DNA of 63,983 nucleotides, filler included, from Dimargaris cristalligena (Eukaryota): NCBI GenBank assembly GCA_003614675.1. It is 17 parts of 17 records of this genome, joined end to end, with 100 filler letters (N's around TTAATTAATTAA, not from the genome) between each part and the next. Parts side by side here need not be neighbours in the genome. Positions count along the whole stretch, not along the records: positions 60,956 to 63,983 come from ML004026.1; 16 more parts are not named here. One strand, 5' to 3'. Shown piece by piece: positions 62,101 to 63,983 of this stretch (position 1 is its first letter; each line of letters starts with the position of its first letter). The notes under the pieces were generated by a model. It saw only the letters and a program-made list of their open reading frames with translations, ran no database searches and was not told where the DNA came from. The position numbers and the translations under genes were made by a program.

Positions 62101-63983
62101 CTAAAGTCGGAGGGCCTCCACCTGCTCGCGGTCCAAATCGAGTCTAATATAATACAATGTATAGAGCGAGGGGTGGGGGGATGTCAAAAACAAGATGGTC
62201 AAATGATGTTCCTTAAAAAAGAAAATAGCCAAAAGCTGTTCTTTATAGCTCTATTAGGGTGGGCCAAGTACTATTATTATCATTATTATCACACAATGCA
62301 GTTCCTCCCAGCAAACTTGTCCACTTCTGGTCGTTTACATGAGTGGAATGCTAGTTCAGCATAGGCGGAAAAAAAAGGTCTAGGGTAATTAAATCATTGC
62401 CAAGGGGTATGTCTCCCTAGTGGACTTACCGATTTAATAAAAGGTTCTTAAAATCGAGCGCCGACATGAAACCGGGGGTAGTTCCCGCATGCGAAAACCA
62501 CAGATCCTCGGCATCGTCCACCTATACATACCATGGTAAAACCAAACATCGAAGGAGTACATATAAATAAAGTGGGTTAGCTCAGGTATATCAATTGATT
62601 AGTGGACTAATAAATATTGGCGCAGTACAATAATACTATTCTTAATCGATAGGGGAGGGGGGGATTTTCCTTGAAACTGAGTGAGAACAGTTGCGGTCGG
62701 GCTCACTGCTATCCATAATTAAATCCCCACTAGGGGTGGTCCGCTGGAAGGGCAGCCGGCATGGTTTAATTATAGAGTGGCTGGGCCACGCATTTACCTT
62801 TTCTAGGGTGAGCACATCGGCCAGGTAGCCCAATTGAGCGAATTTTTCGCGTAGGGGCACGTCGGTAAAAAGGGCAAAATGTTGCTGGAGTACTCGTAAA
62901 TCGTTGTCGAAGCAGAATGCTCCCAGCTGTTGCAATACAAAAATGAATATGTCTTATGCTGGTTAGTTTATCTGTGAAACGGCCATTTAGCCAAGGCGGA
63001 GGGGGGGGTGCGGATATCTGGTCGGCCAGCTTCCCCCATCCCAATGCCGCTAAGGTGCCTTCCGCATCACTCTATTCGGTAATACGGTCGATCCCTACTA
63101 CTAAAAACTGCCACTCTTAAACCCTCCCAAGCTCTCGATCTACCTCCCCCACCTGGAAGCCACTTACCATATTGAACTTGGAGAGTCGCACCGCACGTTC
63201 CCAATCGGTCGCCAAATACTCCAGCGCGTGTTGCAAGTACTGGTCAAAGTTAGCTCCCACCATCATTTCTTTAAGGGGGCCGATGAAGGCGTTGAATTTC
63301 AGAATGAACCGTTGGACAAATAGGTTATCGTTTTTGACGTCCATGTATTCCTCGTCCGATAGGACGTATTTGATGTCGCGGTAGGATTCCTGTAGGATGA
63401 TGCGCATGGTGGACCGGGCGGTGACCAGGGCGAATTGTTCGAGGGTTGTGCGCCAGATTTGGTCCAATTTGGTTTCTAAGCCTCGGAGTTCGTGGGTACT
63501 CTCGCGGAGGTTGCGCATGACTTCAGCAGGATGGACGGCCCAGATGGCCTGCGTGTTAGGGTCAATTCCGGCCACCAGGTCGGTGAGGAGTTTGTGCATG
63601 TAACGAACACTCGTTTCGAAGTTGTTGAGGGCCACGAGGAGCCGCTGGTTACGGTGGGCGATGGTCCCGAAATTCGCAGCGGGGATGCTTTCCGCTTGGG
63701 GAGTCAGCGTAAACACGTTGGATTTAGTTAGGGCCACCGTGGTCGGGGGCAGATGGTGGTGGTACTGAAGGTGGGGGTGGGGCGAATGGCTGCTAGGGTG
63801 AGTAGCCGATTCGAATGGTGTGGGTGCAGTCTGGCTAGTAGGAGGCTGCTGGTGATTATGGCCCGTGGCCCGCGCCAAAAACCACTGGAGAAACGGTATG
63901 AAAATCTGGCCGAAAAGGCCCTGGACGGTGTAAATGATATTTTTGAGTAGGGCCGGGTGGGCGGTCGCAACGGCGTGTAGCAA
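62101..63983 (-). CDS. COG4: Conserved oligomeric Golgi complex subunit 4, 3' part (exons >63983-63168, 62926-62798, 62521-62430, 62143-62101)
   Basis: LNNFETSVRY, YVLSDEEY..NDNLFVQRF, KFNM|LGAFCFDNDLR, LREKFAQL..VLTLE and R|LDLDREQVEALRL* match the COG4 C-terminus. Three GT-AG introns restore the frame exactly. Confidence 0.9.

Overview
This window is not a contiguous locus. It is 17 short contigs (about 3.66-3.77 kb, sorted by decreasing length) joined by artificial 100-nt N-TTAATTAATTAA-N linkers, so gene neighbourhoods are valid only within a contig. The sequence is eukaryotic and fungal-like, with GTAAGT..YAG introns and TATA boxes. My tentative inference is an early-diverging (Zoopagomycota-like) fungus, possibly amplified by MDA. 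Recognisable genes are COG4 (3' part, 4 exons), a PPR protein, a probable Swa2/auxilin-like 5' end, an APH-like phosphotransferase, a DUF6540-like His/His/Cys protein, a DPBB/expansin-like secreted protein, a spliced ~636-aa secreted protein with an F-box-like motif, and several orphan secreted proteins. Much of the rest is transposon debris: a ~565-bp LTR family (about 14 copies, one a solo LTR with a perfect 5-bp TSD), a second ~500-bp LTR, a Copia relic (LTR, PBS and gag), and a 136-bp GGG..CCC MITE with 4-bp TSDs. Many repeats carry heavy C-to-T mutation at CpG and CpA. The standout feature is contig 6 (about 20490-23017): a non-coding array of three conserved motifs at nearly fixed spacing, separated by variable sequence, with about 23 copies of a hairpin motif in both orientations. 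I cannot assign it to any known element class.
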